The notes beneath the pieces are model-generated. The model ran no database searches. It was not told the origin of the DNA and worked only from the letters and a program-made list of their open reading frames with translations. A DNA stretch of 64,000 nt, from the NCBI GenBank assembly GCA_050946275.1, contig JBMNUM010000003.1, positions 17,170 through 81,169 of the forward strand, given 5' to 3'. Below, piece after piece: positions 36,738 through 44,774 of this stretch. This DNA is from Coriobacteriales bacterium. Its GTDB lineage: Bacteria > Actinomycetota > Coriobacteriia > Coriobacteriales > CADBOM01. Positions within the stretch are counted from its first letter, which is position 1. Every line of letters begins with the position of its first letter. A program made the translations under genes and the position numbers.

Positions 36738-36771
36738 CTCGGCTCCGCTTCGGCGGGGCCGAGGCTTTTTT
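36738..36771 (+). terminator. Rho-independent terminator of MFS cassette 1
   Basis: ctcggctccgc-ttcg-gcggggccgag is followed by gcTTTTTT. The core ggctccgcttcggcggggcc is the same as at 48239-48275. Confidence 0.8.
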
Positions 36772-36843
36772 ATGGGCACAAATGTATGTGACGACTCGGC
36801 TGGCCGGGCGGTCTGCCGGCGCATCCTTCTCACGGCAAGCCGG

Positions 36844-36849
36844 TATAAT
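36844..36849 (+). promoter_or_regulatory. putative -10 box (GGTATAAT) for cbiH
   Basis: A perfect TATAAT lies 26 nt upstream of the ATG at 36875. Confidence 0.4.
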
Positions 36850-36874
36850 CGATTCATTGCCAGAAAGGGGAGCC

Positions 36875-37648
36875 ATGGGCAAGCTGAGCGTTGTGGGCAT
36901 AGGGCCGGGGAATCCGGCTGGCATGACCGCCACTGCAGTCGAGGTGCTGCACGAGGCGGACCTCGTGTGCGGCTACACGCGCTACATCGAGCTCGTCTCC
37001 GAGGCGATCGGGGATACCGAGACGCTTGCCACGGGCATGACGGGCGAGGTCGAGAGGTGCCGGGCTGCGCTCGAGGCGGCCGCGCAGGGGCGTACGGTGG
37101 CAATGGTGTGCAGTGGCGATGCCGGCGTCTATGGCATGGCGAGCCTCGTGTACGAGCTTGCCGGCGAGTTCCCGCCCGTCGAGATTCGCGTCATTCCCGG
37201 CGTGACGGCGGCGCTCTCGGGCGGCGCACTGCTCGGCGCACCGCTCTCGCATGATTTCTGCATCATCTCGCTCTCCGACCTTCTGACTCCCTGGGAGACC
37301 ATCGAGAAGCGCCTCGATGCCGCCGCTGCGGGGGATTTTTGCATTGCGCTCTACAACGTCGGAAGCAGGCATCGTTTGGAGCACCTGCGCCGGGCGTGCG
37401 ATATCCTGCTCGCGCGCAAACCGGCAGACACGGTCTGCGGCATCGCGCGCAATATCGGGCGCGAGGGCGAGGAGAGTCGCACCTGCACGCTCTCCGAGCT
37501 GCGGGATGTCGAGGCGGATATGGGCATGACCGTGTTCGTTGGCAACGCCGAGACGCGCCTCGTCGATGGCAAGATGGTGACGCCGCGCGGCTACGATGTG
37601 GGCGATCTCGTCGACACGGACTCCCGTGACGGGGGTGCCTCCTCGTGA
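36875..37648 (+). CDS. cbiH: cobalt-factor III / precorrin-3B C17-methyltransferase
   Basis: MGKLSVVGIGPGNPAGMT..., VCSGDAGVYGMAS and IPGVTAA indicate a tetrapyrrole methylase of CbiH/CobJ type. Confidence 0.88.
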   Translation: MGKLSVVGIGPGNPAGMTATAVEVLHEADLVCGYTRYIELVSEAIGDTETLATGMTGEVERCRAALEAAAQGRTVAMVCSGDAGVYGMASLVYELAGEFPPVEIRVIPGVTAALSGGALLGAPLSHDFCIISLSDLLTPWETIEKRLDAAAAGDFCIALYNVGSRHRLEHLRRACDILLARKPADTVCGIARNIGREGEESRTCTLSELRDVEADMGMTVFVGNAETRLVDGKMVTPRGYDVGDLVDTDSRDGGASS

Positions 37649-38433
37649 CGAAGCGCGTGCTCATCTTCGGCGGGACGATCGAGGGACGCGAGCTCGCCTG
37701 TGCGCTGGCCGATCGTGGCCACGGCGTATGCGTGAGCGTCGCAACCGAGGCGGGTGTGCGGGCGATGCCGGATGACAGTCGCATAACGGTGCGCTGCGGC
37801 GCCCTCGAGCATGGCGAGATGCTCTCGCTCATGGCATCGTTCGATGTGGTGGTCGACGCCACACATCCCTATGCACGCGATATCAGCGAGCATGTCGCCC
37901 GCTCCGCGCGGGAGTCGGAGGTCGCATGCATTCGAATCGTGCGCCCGCCGAGCGACACCGCCGGGTGCACAGTCGTCGGCAGCGTTGAGGAGGCCGTGCG
38001 CGTGGTGGGCGAAGAGGGCAACGTGCTCGCGACGACGGGGAGCCGGCAGATCAGCACCTACGCGGCGCTTTCCGGCTTCGAGCAGCGGCTGTTCGCCCGT
38101 GTCCTCGACGAGCCGTCTTCTGTCGAGGCGTGCCTGGAGGCGGGGATTCCCCGCTCGCATATACTTGCCAAGAGCGGGCCGTTCTCCATCGAGGAGAACC
38201 TTGCGGATATCGACGCCTGCGCGGCGTGCTTCCTCGTAACGAAGGACAGCGGTGACGCGGGCGGCTATCCGGAGAAACTCGCTGCATGCCGTGCACGCGG
38301 CATCGAGATGATCGTTGTCGAGCGCCCCCACGAGGAGGGCGTGAGTGTCGACGAGGCCATCGATTTGATATCTGGGGCACTTTTGACCGGGTCGAAACTG
38401 TCCCAGGGCTCGATCTGTTCGAAGGAAGGTTGA
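37645..38433 (+). CDS. cbiJ: cobalt-precorrin-6A reductase
   Basis: VLIFGGTIEGRELA...VDATHPYA...ATTGS is the CbiJ/CobK pattern. The GTG start overlaps the cbiH stop. Confidence 0.85.
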   Translation: MTKRVLIFGGTIEGRELACALADRGHGVCVSVATEAGVRAMPDDSRITVRCGALEHGEMLSLMASFDVVVDATHPYARDISEHVARSARESEVACIRIVRPPSDTAGCTVVGSVEEAVRVVGEEGNVLATTGSRQISTYAALSGFEQRLFARVLDEPSSVEACLEAGIPRSHILAKSGPFSIEENLADIDACAACFLVTKDSGDAGGYPEKLAACRARGIEMIVVERPHEEGVSVDEAIDLISGALLTGSKLSQGSICSKEG

Positions 38434-39734
38434 TGGGGATGATTGGCGTTTCCATTGTCGGTATCGGGATGGGGGTTCCCGGTTCGGAGACCGTGCGGGC
38501 GCGCGAGGCGATCTGCGGGGCCGACGTGCTCGGCGGCGCCCGTCGCATGATCGACGCCGCCCAGGCCATCCGTGCGGCGCAGGGTGCCGGCGAGGCCGAG
38601 GCGGTCGAGCTGGGCATGCCCGCCAAGGTAGCCGCGTTCATCATCGATTGCGCGGCTCGCAATGAAGGCCGTCCGGACCCCCTCGGCATCGCGGTCATCT
38701 GCTCGGGCGACACCGGATTCTACAGTTTGGCGACGCCCCTTCGCGAGGAGCTGCGGTCGTCGGGTTTCGAGCAGGATATCGAGATGATCCCCGGCATCAC
38801 GACCGTGCAGCACCTTGCGGCGAAGCTTGGCAAACCCTGGCAGGATTGCCGCCTCGTGAGCGCGCATGGCCGCACCGTCAACGTCGTCGGCGAGGTCCTC
38901 TCGTCACCTGAGACGTTCTTCCTCGGTGGCGGGACCGAGATGCCGGACTCCATCGCGCGCAGGCTCGTCGATGCGGGTCTCGGCTTCGTGGACATGGCGG
39001 TGGGAGTGAACCTCTCGTATCCCGACGAGCTCATCGTTCGGGGGACGGCGGACGAGATCGCGCAGACCGAGTTCAGCCCACTCGCCGCAGTCTGGGTCTC
39101 GCGCGGGAGGCTGTGCGCCCCCGAGGTCGAGGAGTGCGTCGGGTTCCCGGGCATTCCCGACGATCTGTTCCTCCGCGGCGACGTGCCGATGACCAAGCGC
39201 GATGTGCGTGCGGCCATCGCGGCGCGCGTGCGCCCGCGGGACAACGAGCGGATCGTCGACATCGGCGCCGGCACGGGATCGGTTTCCATCGAGCTGGCCT
39301 GCCTGAATCCACGCGCGTACGTCGTGGCCGTGGAGGAGAATCACGGGGCATGCGAGCTCATCCGGGCCAACCGCGAGCGCTTCGGCGCATACAACGTCGA
39401 GGTGGTCGAGGGTCGCGCACCAGAGGCGCTCGGGCCCATGCCCGTCGCGGACACGGTCTTCATCGGGGGGAGCACGGGAGAGCTCGAGTCCATCCTCGAT
39501 GCATATGCATCGAACAGCGGCTGCCGTCGCATCATCATGACGGCAGTCACGCTCGAGACGCTCGCGCGGGCGACGACGGCGCTCGAGCGGCTCAGGGGAC
39601 AGGGTTGCGTCGAGTCATACGACGTCACCGAGGTCTCCGTCGCGCGCACGCGCGAGCTGGGATCGCACCATCTACTTCGCGCGGAGAATCCCGTGTTCAT
39701 CATCGAGGCATCCGTCAGGGTGGTGATCATGTAG
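38433..39734 (+). CDS. cbiET: fused cobalt-precorrin-7 C5-methyltransferase / cobalt-precorrin-6B C15-methyltransferase (decarboxylating)
   Basis: The N-terminal half is tetrapyrrole-methylase-like (CSGDTGFYS, IPGITTVQ). The C-terminal half is a class I SAM methyltransferase (MTKRDVRA...VDIGAGTGSVSIE), as in CobL/CbiE-CbiT. Confidence 0.85.
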   Translation: MGMIGVSIVGIGMGVPGSETVRAREAICGADVLGGARRMIDAAQAIRAAQGAGEAEAVELGMPAKVAAFIIDCAARNEGRPDPLGIAVICSGDTGFYSLATPLREELRSSGFEQDIEMIPGITTVQHLAAKLGKPWQDCRLVSAHGRTVNVVGEVLSSPETFFLGGGTEMPDSIARRLVDAGLGFVDMAVGVNLSYPDELIVRGTADEIAQTEFSPLAAVWVSRGRLCAPEVEECVGFPGIPDDLFLRGDVPMTKRDVRAAIAARVRPRDNERIVDIGAGTGSVSIELACLNPRAYVVAVEENHGACELIRANRERFGAYNVEVVEGRAPEALGPMPVADTVFIGGSTGELESILDAYASNSGCRRIIMTAVTLETLARATTALERLRGQGCVESYDVTEVSVARTRELGSHHLLRAENPVFIIEASVRVVIM

Positions 39735-39736
39735 CC

Positions 39737-41119
39737 ATGCGCGCGTCGATTCCCCGATTCATGATCGCCGCGCCCTCGAGCGGGGCGGGCAAGACCACCG
39801 TGGTGGTCGGGCTCCTGCGCTGCCTGGCGCGGCGCGGGCTCGACGTGCGCGCGTTCAAGTGCGGACCCGACTACATAGACTCGATGTTCCACGAGACGGT
39901 GCTGGGCATCCCGTGCGGCAATCTCGACCTGTTCCTCTCGACGCCCGATGAGGCGCGCGCCCTGCTCGCGGAGCGGGTGGCTGGCGCCGACCTCGCGCTC
40001 GTCGAGGGCGTGATGGGGTTCTACGACGGCATCGGCGGCACGAGTGACGAGGCCTCGTCGTATGCCGTTGCGACCGCCACGGACACGCCGGTCGTGCTCG
40101 TGGTGGACGGCTCGGGCGTGTCGCTCACGCTCGCGGCCGTCGTGGGCGGTATCCGGGAGTTCCGCGCCGATTCGCACATCGCCGGCGTGATCGTCAACAA
40201 ATGCAGGAAGGGCGTGTTCGACATGCTCGCGCCGGTCATCGAGGCCGAGTGCGGCGTGCCCGCGCTCGGCTACGTGGAACGCGACGATGCGATCGCGCTC
40301 GAGAGCCGTCACCTGGGGCTCGTCACAGCCGCCGAGGTCGAGGACCTGCAGGAGCGGGTCGACGCCCTGGCCGATGCCCTGGAGCGGACGGTCGATGTCG
40401 ATGCGCTGCTCGCGCTGGCGGGCACGGCGCCCGATGTGGAGTGCGAGCCGGCGGCAGTCGCGCCGGCGTGCGAGCCGGACGGATGCACGATTGCGGTCGC
40501 CCGCGACGAGGCGTTCTGCTTCTACTACGACGAGAGCCTCGAGCACCTGCGGAGGCTCGGCGCTCGGCTCGCGTTCTTCTCGCCTCTGCGGGACGAGGCC
40601 CTGCCGGCCGATGCCGACGCACTCTACCTCGGCGGCGGCTACCCCGAGCTGCATGCGGCCGAGCTCGCTGCAAACGAGCCGATGCTCGTCGCGGCCCGCG
40701 CGGCGCACGCGGCCGGTATGCCGGTCTTCGCCGAGTGCGGCGGCTTCCTCTATCTCAAGGAGTGGCTGGAGGACGTCGAGGGAACGCGCTGGCCGATGGC
40801 GGGCATACTCGCCGGTGGCTCGCGCTACACCGGCAAGCTCTCGCGTTTCGGTTACATCGAGATGACTGCGCGGAATGGGGGCATGGGCATCGCCGCGGGC
40901 GACGCGCTCCGCGCGCACGAGTTCCACTACTACGACAGCGACGACAACGGCTCCGCGTTCCGTGCCGAGAAGCCGCGCTCCGCCCGGGCGTGGGATTGCA
41001 TGGTGGTTCAGCCGCGTCTCGTCGCCGGTTTCCCGCACCTGTACCTGCCGTCGTGCCCGGACTTCGCGCGCGGGTTCGTCGAGGCGGCCCTCGCGTATCG
41101 CGGAGAGCGCCGCGCATGA
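39737..41119 (+). CDS. cbiA: cobyrinate a,c-diamide synthase
   Basis: P-loop APSSGAGKTTV, FKCGPDYID, and a C-terminal glutamine amidotransferase with ECGGFLYL. Confidence 0.9.
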   Translation: MRASIPRFMIAAPSSGAGKTTVVVGLLRCLARRGLDVRAFKCGPDYIDSMFHETVLGIPCGNLDLFLSTPDEARALLAERVAGADLALVEGVMGFYDGIGGTSDEASSYAVATATDTPVVLVVDGSGVSLTLAAVVGGIREFRADSHIAGVIVNKCRKGVFDMLAPVIEAECGVPALGYVERDDAIALESRHLGLVTAAEVEDLQERVDALADALERTVDVDALLALAGTAPDVECEPAAVAPACEPDGCTIAVARDEAFCFYYDESLEHLRRLGARLAFFSPLRDEALPADADALYLGGGYPELHAAELAANEPMLVAARAAHAAGMPVFAECGGFLYLKEWLEDVEGTRWPMAGILAGGSRYTGKLSRFGYIEMTARNGGMGIAAGDALRAHEFHYYDSDDNGSAFRAEKPRSARAWDCMVVQPRLVAGFPHLYLPSCPDFARGFVEAALAYRGERRA

Positions 41120-42093
41120 CCATCGCGTTCAACATCACGGCCGCCTGCCTCATCGGCTTCGTGCTGGACCTGGTGCTCGGCGAGCGCCTGCCCGCCGCAT
41201 CGCCGGCCGTGCTGTTCGGGAAGCTCATCGCCGTGCTCGAGAAGGCGCTGCGGGCGATCTTCCCCAAGTCGAAGACGGGTGAGCGCATCGGCGGCACCGT
41301 GCTCGTCGTGATCGTGTGCGCCGTCGCGTTCCTCGGCAGCATGCTCGTGCTGTGGGTATGTTGGCTCGCGCATCCGATCGCCAACCTCGCCGTGCAGGCG
41401 TTCGCGTTCTACATGATCATGGCGACGCGCGGGCTACGTGATGCGAGCATGAAGGTCTATCGTGCGCTGAAAGCGCGCGACCGCGATGCAGCGCGCGCTG
41501 CGGTGGGCGAGATCGTCGGCCGCGACACGGCGCGCCTCGGCCCGGCGGGCGTGACCCGCGCTGCGGTCGAGACGGTCGCGGAGAACACGAGCGACGGAGC
41601 CATCGCGCCGCTGTTCTACTTCCTCATTGGAGGCGCTCCGCTAAGCCTGCTCTACAAGGCGATTAACACGATGGATAGCATGCTCGGCTACCGTAACGAG
41701 CGCTACCGGTACTTCGGCACGGCTGCGGCGCGCCTCGACGATGTGGCGAACTTCATCCCCGCGCGCCTCGCCGCGCTGCTGCTCGTGGCGGCCGGGTGGC
41801 TCCTACGCTATGACGCCCGTGGTGCCGCGCGGGTCTGGCGCCGCGACGCCCGTAAGCACGCCTCGCCCAACGCCGGGCACTGCGAGGCCGCGGTGGCCGG
41901 CGCGCTCGGCGTGCAGCTCGGCGGCGACGCGGTCTATTTCGGCGAGCTCGTCCACAAGGAGACTCTCGGCGACCCAACGCGGCCCATAGCCGCAAGCGAC
42001 ATCCTCCGCGCGAACCGGCTGCTCTACGCTTCCACCACGCTCTGCTGCGCCATCGGCCTCGCCGTGCGCATCGCGCTCATGATTCTTCTGTAG
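41116..42093 (+). CDS. cbiB: adenosylcobinamide-phosphate synthase (membrane protein)
   Basis: AENTSDGAIAPLFYF, MLGYRNERY and SPNAGHCEAAVAGALGV are characteristic CbiB/CobD blocks. Confidence 0.9.
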   Translation: MTIAFNITAACLIGFVLDLVLGERLPAASPAVLFGKLIAVLEKALRAIFPKSKTGERIGGTVLVVIVCAVAFLGSMLVLWVCWLAHPIANLAVQAFAFYMIMATRGLRDASMKVYRALKARDRDAARAAVGEIVGRDTARLGPAGVTRAAVETVAENTSDGAIAPLFYFLIGGAPLSLLYKAINTMDSMLGYRNERYRYFGTAAARLDDVANFIPARLAALLLVAAGWLLRYDARGAARVWRRDARKHASPNAGHCEAAVAGALGVQLGGDAVYFGELVHKETLGDPTRPIAASDILRANRLLYASTTLCCAIGLAVRIALMILL

Positions 42094-42146
42094 TGGAACG
42101 CTTCCCGTGTAGTGGAACGCTCCCCGGGGGAGCGTTCCAACTGCTA
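42091..42146. repeat. REP-like family A: half-copy plus full palindrome
   Basis: tagtggaacgcttcccgtg is followed by tagtggaacgctccccgggggagcgttccaactgctag. Confidence 0.85.
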
Positions 42147-42162
42147 GGCGGACGCAACTCCT

Positions 42163-42185
42163 GGAGCGCCCCCGGAGAGCGCTCC
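42163..42185. repeat. REP-like palindrome (GGAGCGCCCCCGGAGAGCGCTCC), family A variant
   Basis: Palindrome adjacent to the previous element. Confidence 0.7.
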
Positions 42186-42306
42186 GATTGGGGGTGGCGG
42201 CCGCGACTTGGAGTCAAGCAATTAACGTACATAGTTTCGGAAAAGGGAGCTGATTTCATCTGTTTGAGGCTCTGTTTTCGAAAAAATGTACGTTAATCGG
42301 TGAGGC

Positions 42307-42356
42307 GCGATGACAGCGACGGCGAGGTGCGATGACAACGACGGCGAGGTGCGATG
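42307..42356 (+). repeat. 22 bp tandem repeat, about 2.3 copies
   Basis: gcgatgacagcgacggcgaggt / gcgatgacaacgacggcgaggt / gcgatg... Confidence 0.8.
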
Positions 42357-42442
42357 GCGGTGGGCTGATTATAGATAGGATTCGCGGTCTGCCGGCCCGC
42401 TCGCCCTTGTGCTACAGTCGTGGGACTTGTGGTTGGCGATGG

Positions 42443-43513
42443 ATGCGGAGGCGTGCTGTGGAGTTCGGACACGGGGGAGATGTGAGGAGCTTCGAGGAGG
42501 AGTTCGGGTATCGGCCGATCGACTTCTCATCGAACGTCTCGCCGCTCGGGGCGCCGGAGGCGGTGGTGCGCGCTGCCACCGAGGCGCTCGACCGCGTGTA
42601 CGAGTACCCGGATCCCGCGTGTCACGGGCTCGTGGCGGCCATCGCGCGGCATGAGGGCGTTGCGCCCGCGCAGGTCGTCTGCGGCAACGGGAGCGCCGAC
42701 ATCATCTTCCGCATCGCGGCCGCCGTGCGCCCGAGGCGGGCGCTCATCTGCGCGCCGACGTTCTCCGAGTACCGCAGGGCGCTCGAGGCCGTCGGGTGCC
42801 AGGTGGACGTGCACCTGCTCGACCGCGGGAGCGGCTACCGGGTGGATTGGCGCCTCGTCGATGCCATCACCGGCGGCACCGACCTCGTGTTCCTCTGCCA
42901 GCCGAACAACCCCACGGGTCTCGCCGCATCGCGCGCGCTGGTCGAGCACGTGCTCGAGCGCTGCCGGGAAGTGGGCGCACGGCTTGTGGCCGACGAGTGC
43001 TTCGTCGACCTGCTCGACGACCCGGGCGCCGTGACCGCCGTGCCGCTGCTGGACCGCTGGCCCGAGCTCGTCATCGTGAAGGCGTTCACGAAGCTCTACG
43101 GGATGCCGGCGCTGCGCCTCGGCTACGCACTGTGCGCGGACGCGATGCTCCTCGAGGGCATGGGTCGCGTCGCGCAGCCGTGGAGCGTGTCGGGAATCGC
43201 GCAGGCCGCTGGCATCGCGGCGCTCGAGTGCATCGACCACGTGCAGGAGACGCGCGCCCTCGTGCGCGCGGAGCGGCAGTTCCTCCGCACCGTGCTCGCC
43301 TCGCGCGGCATTGAGGTACAGGGCGAGGCGAACTACCTCTTCTTCGAGCTCGACGACGGGGGAGCGCTGGCGGCGAAGATGCGCGAGCGCGGCATCCTCA
43401 TCCGCGACTGCTCCAACTACGAGAGCCTCGCGCCTGGAGCCTACCGCATCGCGGTGAAGACCCATCCCGAGAACATGAGCCTGCTGCGCGCCCTCGACGC
43501 CTGCCTGCGATGA
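42443..43513 (+). CDS. cobD: threonine-phosphate decarboxylase (class I/II aminotransferase fold)
   Basis: HGGD...IDFSSNVSPLG at the N-terminus, NPNNPTG-like QPNNPTG and the KAFTKLYGMPALRLGY PLP-lysine region. The start is uncertain (ATG 42443 or GTG 42458). Confidence 0.8.
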   Translation: MRRRAVEFGHGGDVRSFEEEFGYRPIDFSSNVSPLGAPEAVVRAATEALDRVYEYPDPACHGLVAAIARHEGVAPAQVVCGNGSADIIFRIAAAVRPRRALICAPTFSEYRRALEAVGCQVDVHLLDRGSGYRVDWRLVDAITGGTDLVFLCQPNNPTGLAASRALVEHVLERCREVGARLVADECFVDLLDDPGAVTAVPLLDRWPELVIVKAFTKLYGMPALRLGYALCADAMLLEGMGRVAQPWSVSGIAQAAGIAALECIDHVQETRALVRAERQFLRTVLASRGIEVQGEANYLFFELDDGGALAAKMRERGILIRDCSNYESLAPGAYRIAVKTHPENMSLLRALDACLR

Positions 43514-43538
43514 GTCGCAGGACTGTCCTTTGACTCAT
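43510..43538. repeat. hairpin repeat family B, subtype b
   Basis: atgagtcgcaggactgtcctttgactcat overlaps the cobD stop codon. Confidence 0.85.
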
Positions 43539-43579
43539 TTGATTCAAAGAGGGCTGCCTACGCGGCCGCGGCCTCCCCG

Positions 43580-44482
43580 CTACGACCTCGGGCCGTACAC
43601 GTACACCTCGTGAATCTCGTGGTCGTAGCCGTCGTAGAAACCGACCGGCATGCCCTGCACGATCTTCGCGCCACGGTTGTAGAGCACGAGCATCTCGCCC
43701 GAGTCCTCATCGAAGGTCAGTCCCTCAATCTCGCCCTGGAGCTGGACGTCGTCGAGCGTCTTCGCGGGCACGACCTCCACCTCGGTTGCCCCGTCGGCGA
43801 GCTCGAAGCGGTACGCGTGGTCGGGGGCGTTCTTGTCAGCGTCGCCGTCATCGGCGGTGACGTAGTAGCCGCCATCGTGGTAGGCGATTCCCTGAATCCA
43901 CTTGGGGGCGGGGGAGAGGAGCACCTTGCCCAGGTACTCACCCGACTCGAGGTCGTAGTTGTAGATATACTCGCCGGTGTCGGTCCATGCGCACATCGAG
44001 ACGACCTTCGTGTCGGGGTTCACGCAGATGCCGCTGCACTCGTCCTGTCCGCTCTCCTTATCGAAGTTGAATGTGCGCTTGAGCTGCAGCGTGTCGCCAT
44101 CGTAGACGGCGATCTGGATGTTCGAGGCGACGCCGTCCTCGAACAGCTCCACGCCGCAGTACACCTCGTTGTCGTGCACGTCGATGTCGCCGATGTGGTT
44201 CACCTCGAGTTCGTAGCCCTTCTCGAAGGGGGAGTCGTTCGTCGCGACGAGGTTCCAGTCCTTGTCGTATTTGGAGAGCGTGGTCGAGCCGCTCACCCAG
44301 TAGCTTCCGTTCTCGGCCGCAACTCCCTGCCGGCCGTCGACCTCCACGACCTTCGCCAGCTCTCTCGACTCGTCGTTTCCGCTCTCCGCCGAACCGGCGT
44401 CCTGCGCGCAGCCTGCCAAGGGCAAGACCAGGACCAGCGAGGCGGCGACGGCGATCAATGCGTTCCTGAGTTGCTTGTTCAT
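43580..44482 (-). CDS. lipoprotein of unknown function, repetitive beta-strand (propeller-like) pattern
   Basis: The signal peptide has the lipobox LPLAGC. Short motifs of aromatic and Asp residues recur (YWVSG, VYCGVE, IAVYDG, ICVNPD, IYNYD, GIAYHDGGYYVTADDG, IEGLTFD). It is the only minus-strand gene inside the cbi locus. Confidence 0.7.
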   Translation of the reverse strand: MNKQLRNALIAVAASLVLVLPLAGCAQDAGSAESGNDESRELAKVVEVDGRQGVAAENGSYWVSGSTTLSKYDKDWNLVATNDSPFEKGYELEVNHIGDIDVHDNEVYCGVELFEDGVASNIQIAVYDGDTLQLKRTFNFDKESGQDECSGICVNPDTKVVSMCAWTDTGEYIYNYDLESGEYLGKVLLSPAPKWIQGIAYHDGGYYVTADDGDADKNAPDHAYRFELADGATEVEVVPAKTLDDVQLQGEIEGLTFDEDSGEMLVLYNRGAKIVQGMPVGFYDGYDHEIHEVYVYGPRS

Positions 44483-44593
44483 CGGGGTTTCCCTTCCATA
44501 ATTGCCTGCTGGCGCGAAGGCCGTTGGTGCAGAGGCACTCAATGTGCGCTAAAGGCATCGTACACCAGATACGGCGCTGGCATCATCCGTCAA

Positions 44594-44622
44594 CTGGAAC
44601 GCTCCCCGGGGGAACGTTCCAG
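44594..44622. repeat. REP-like palindrome, family A
   Basis: ctggaacgctccccgggggaacgttccag. Confidence 0.85.
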
Positions 44623-44663
44623 TCTGGGCCGAATCATTCCCCTGATGCGGCAAACCTCGCCGA

Positions 44664-44692
44664 ATGAGTCAAAGGACAGCCCTTCGACTCAT
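44664..44692. repeat. hairpin repeat family B, subtype b
   Basis: atgagtcaaaggacagcccttcgactcat lies upstream of cbiP. Confidence 0.85.
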
Positions 44693-44774
44693 TCGGCCGC
44701 GCGGGTGGCGGATGGCGGTCCATTATGTGAGAAGATACGGAGGAACAATCTTCTTGAAGAACAAAGGGGCGCGC

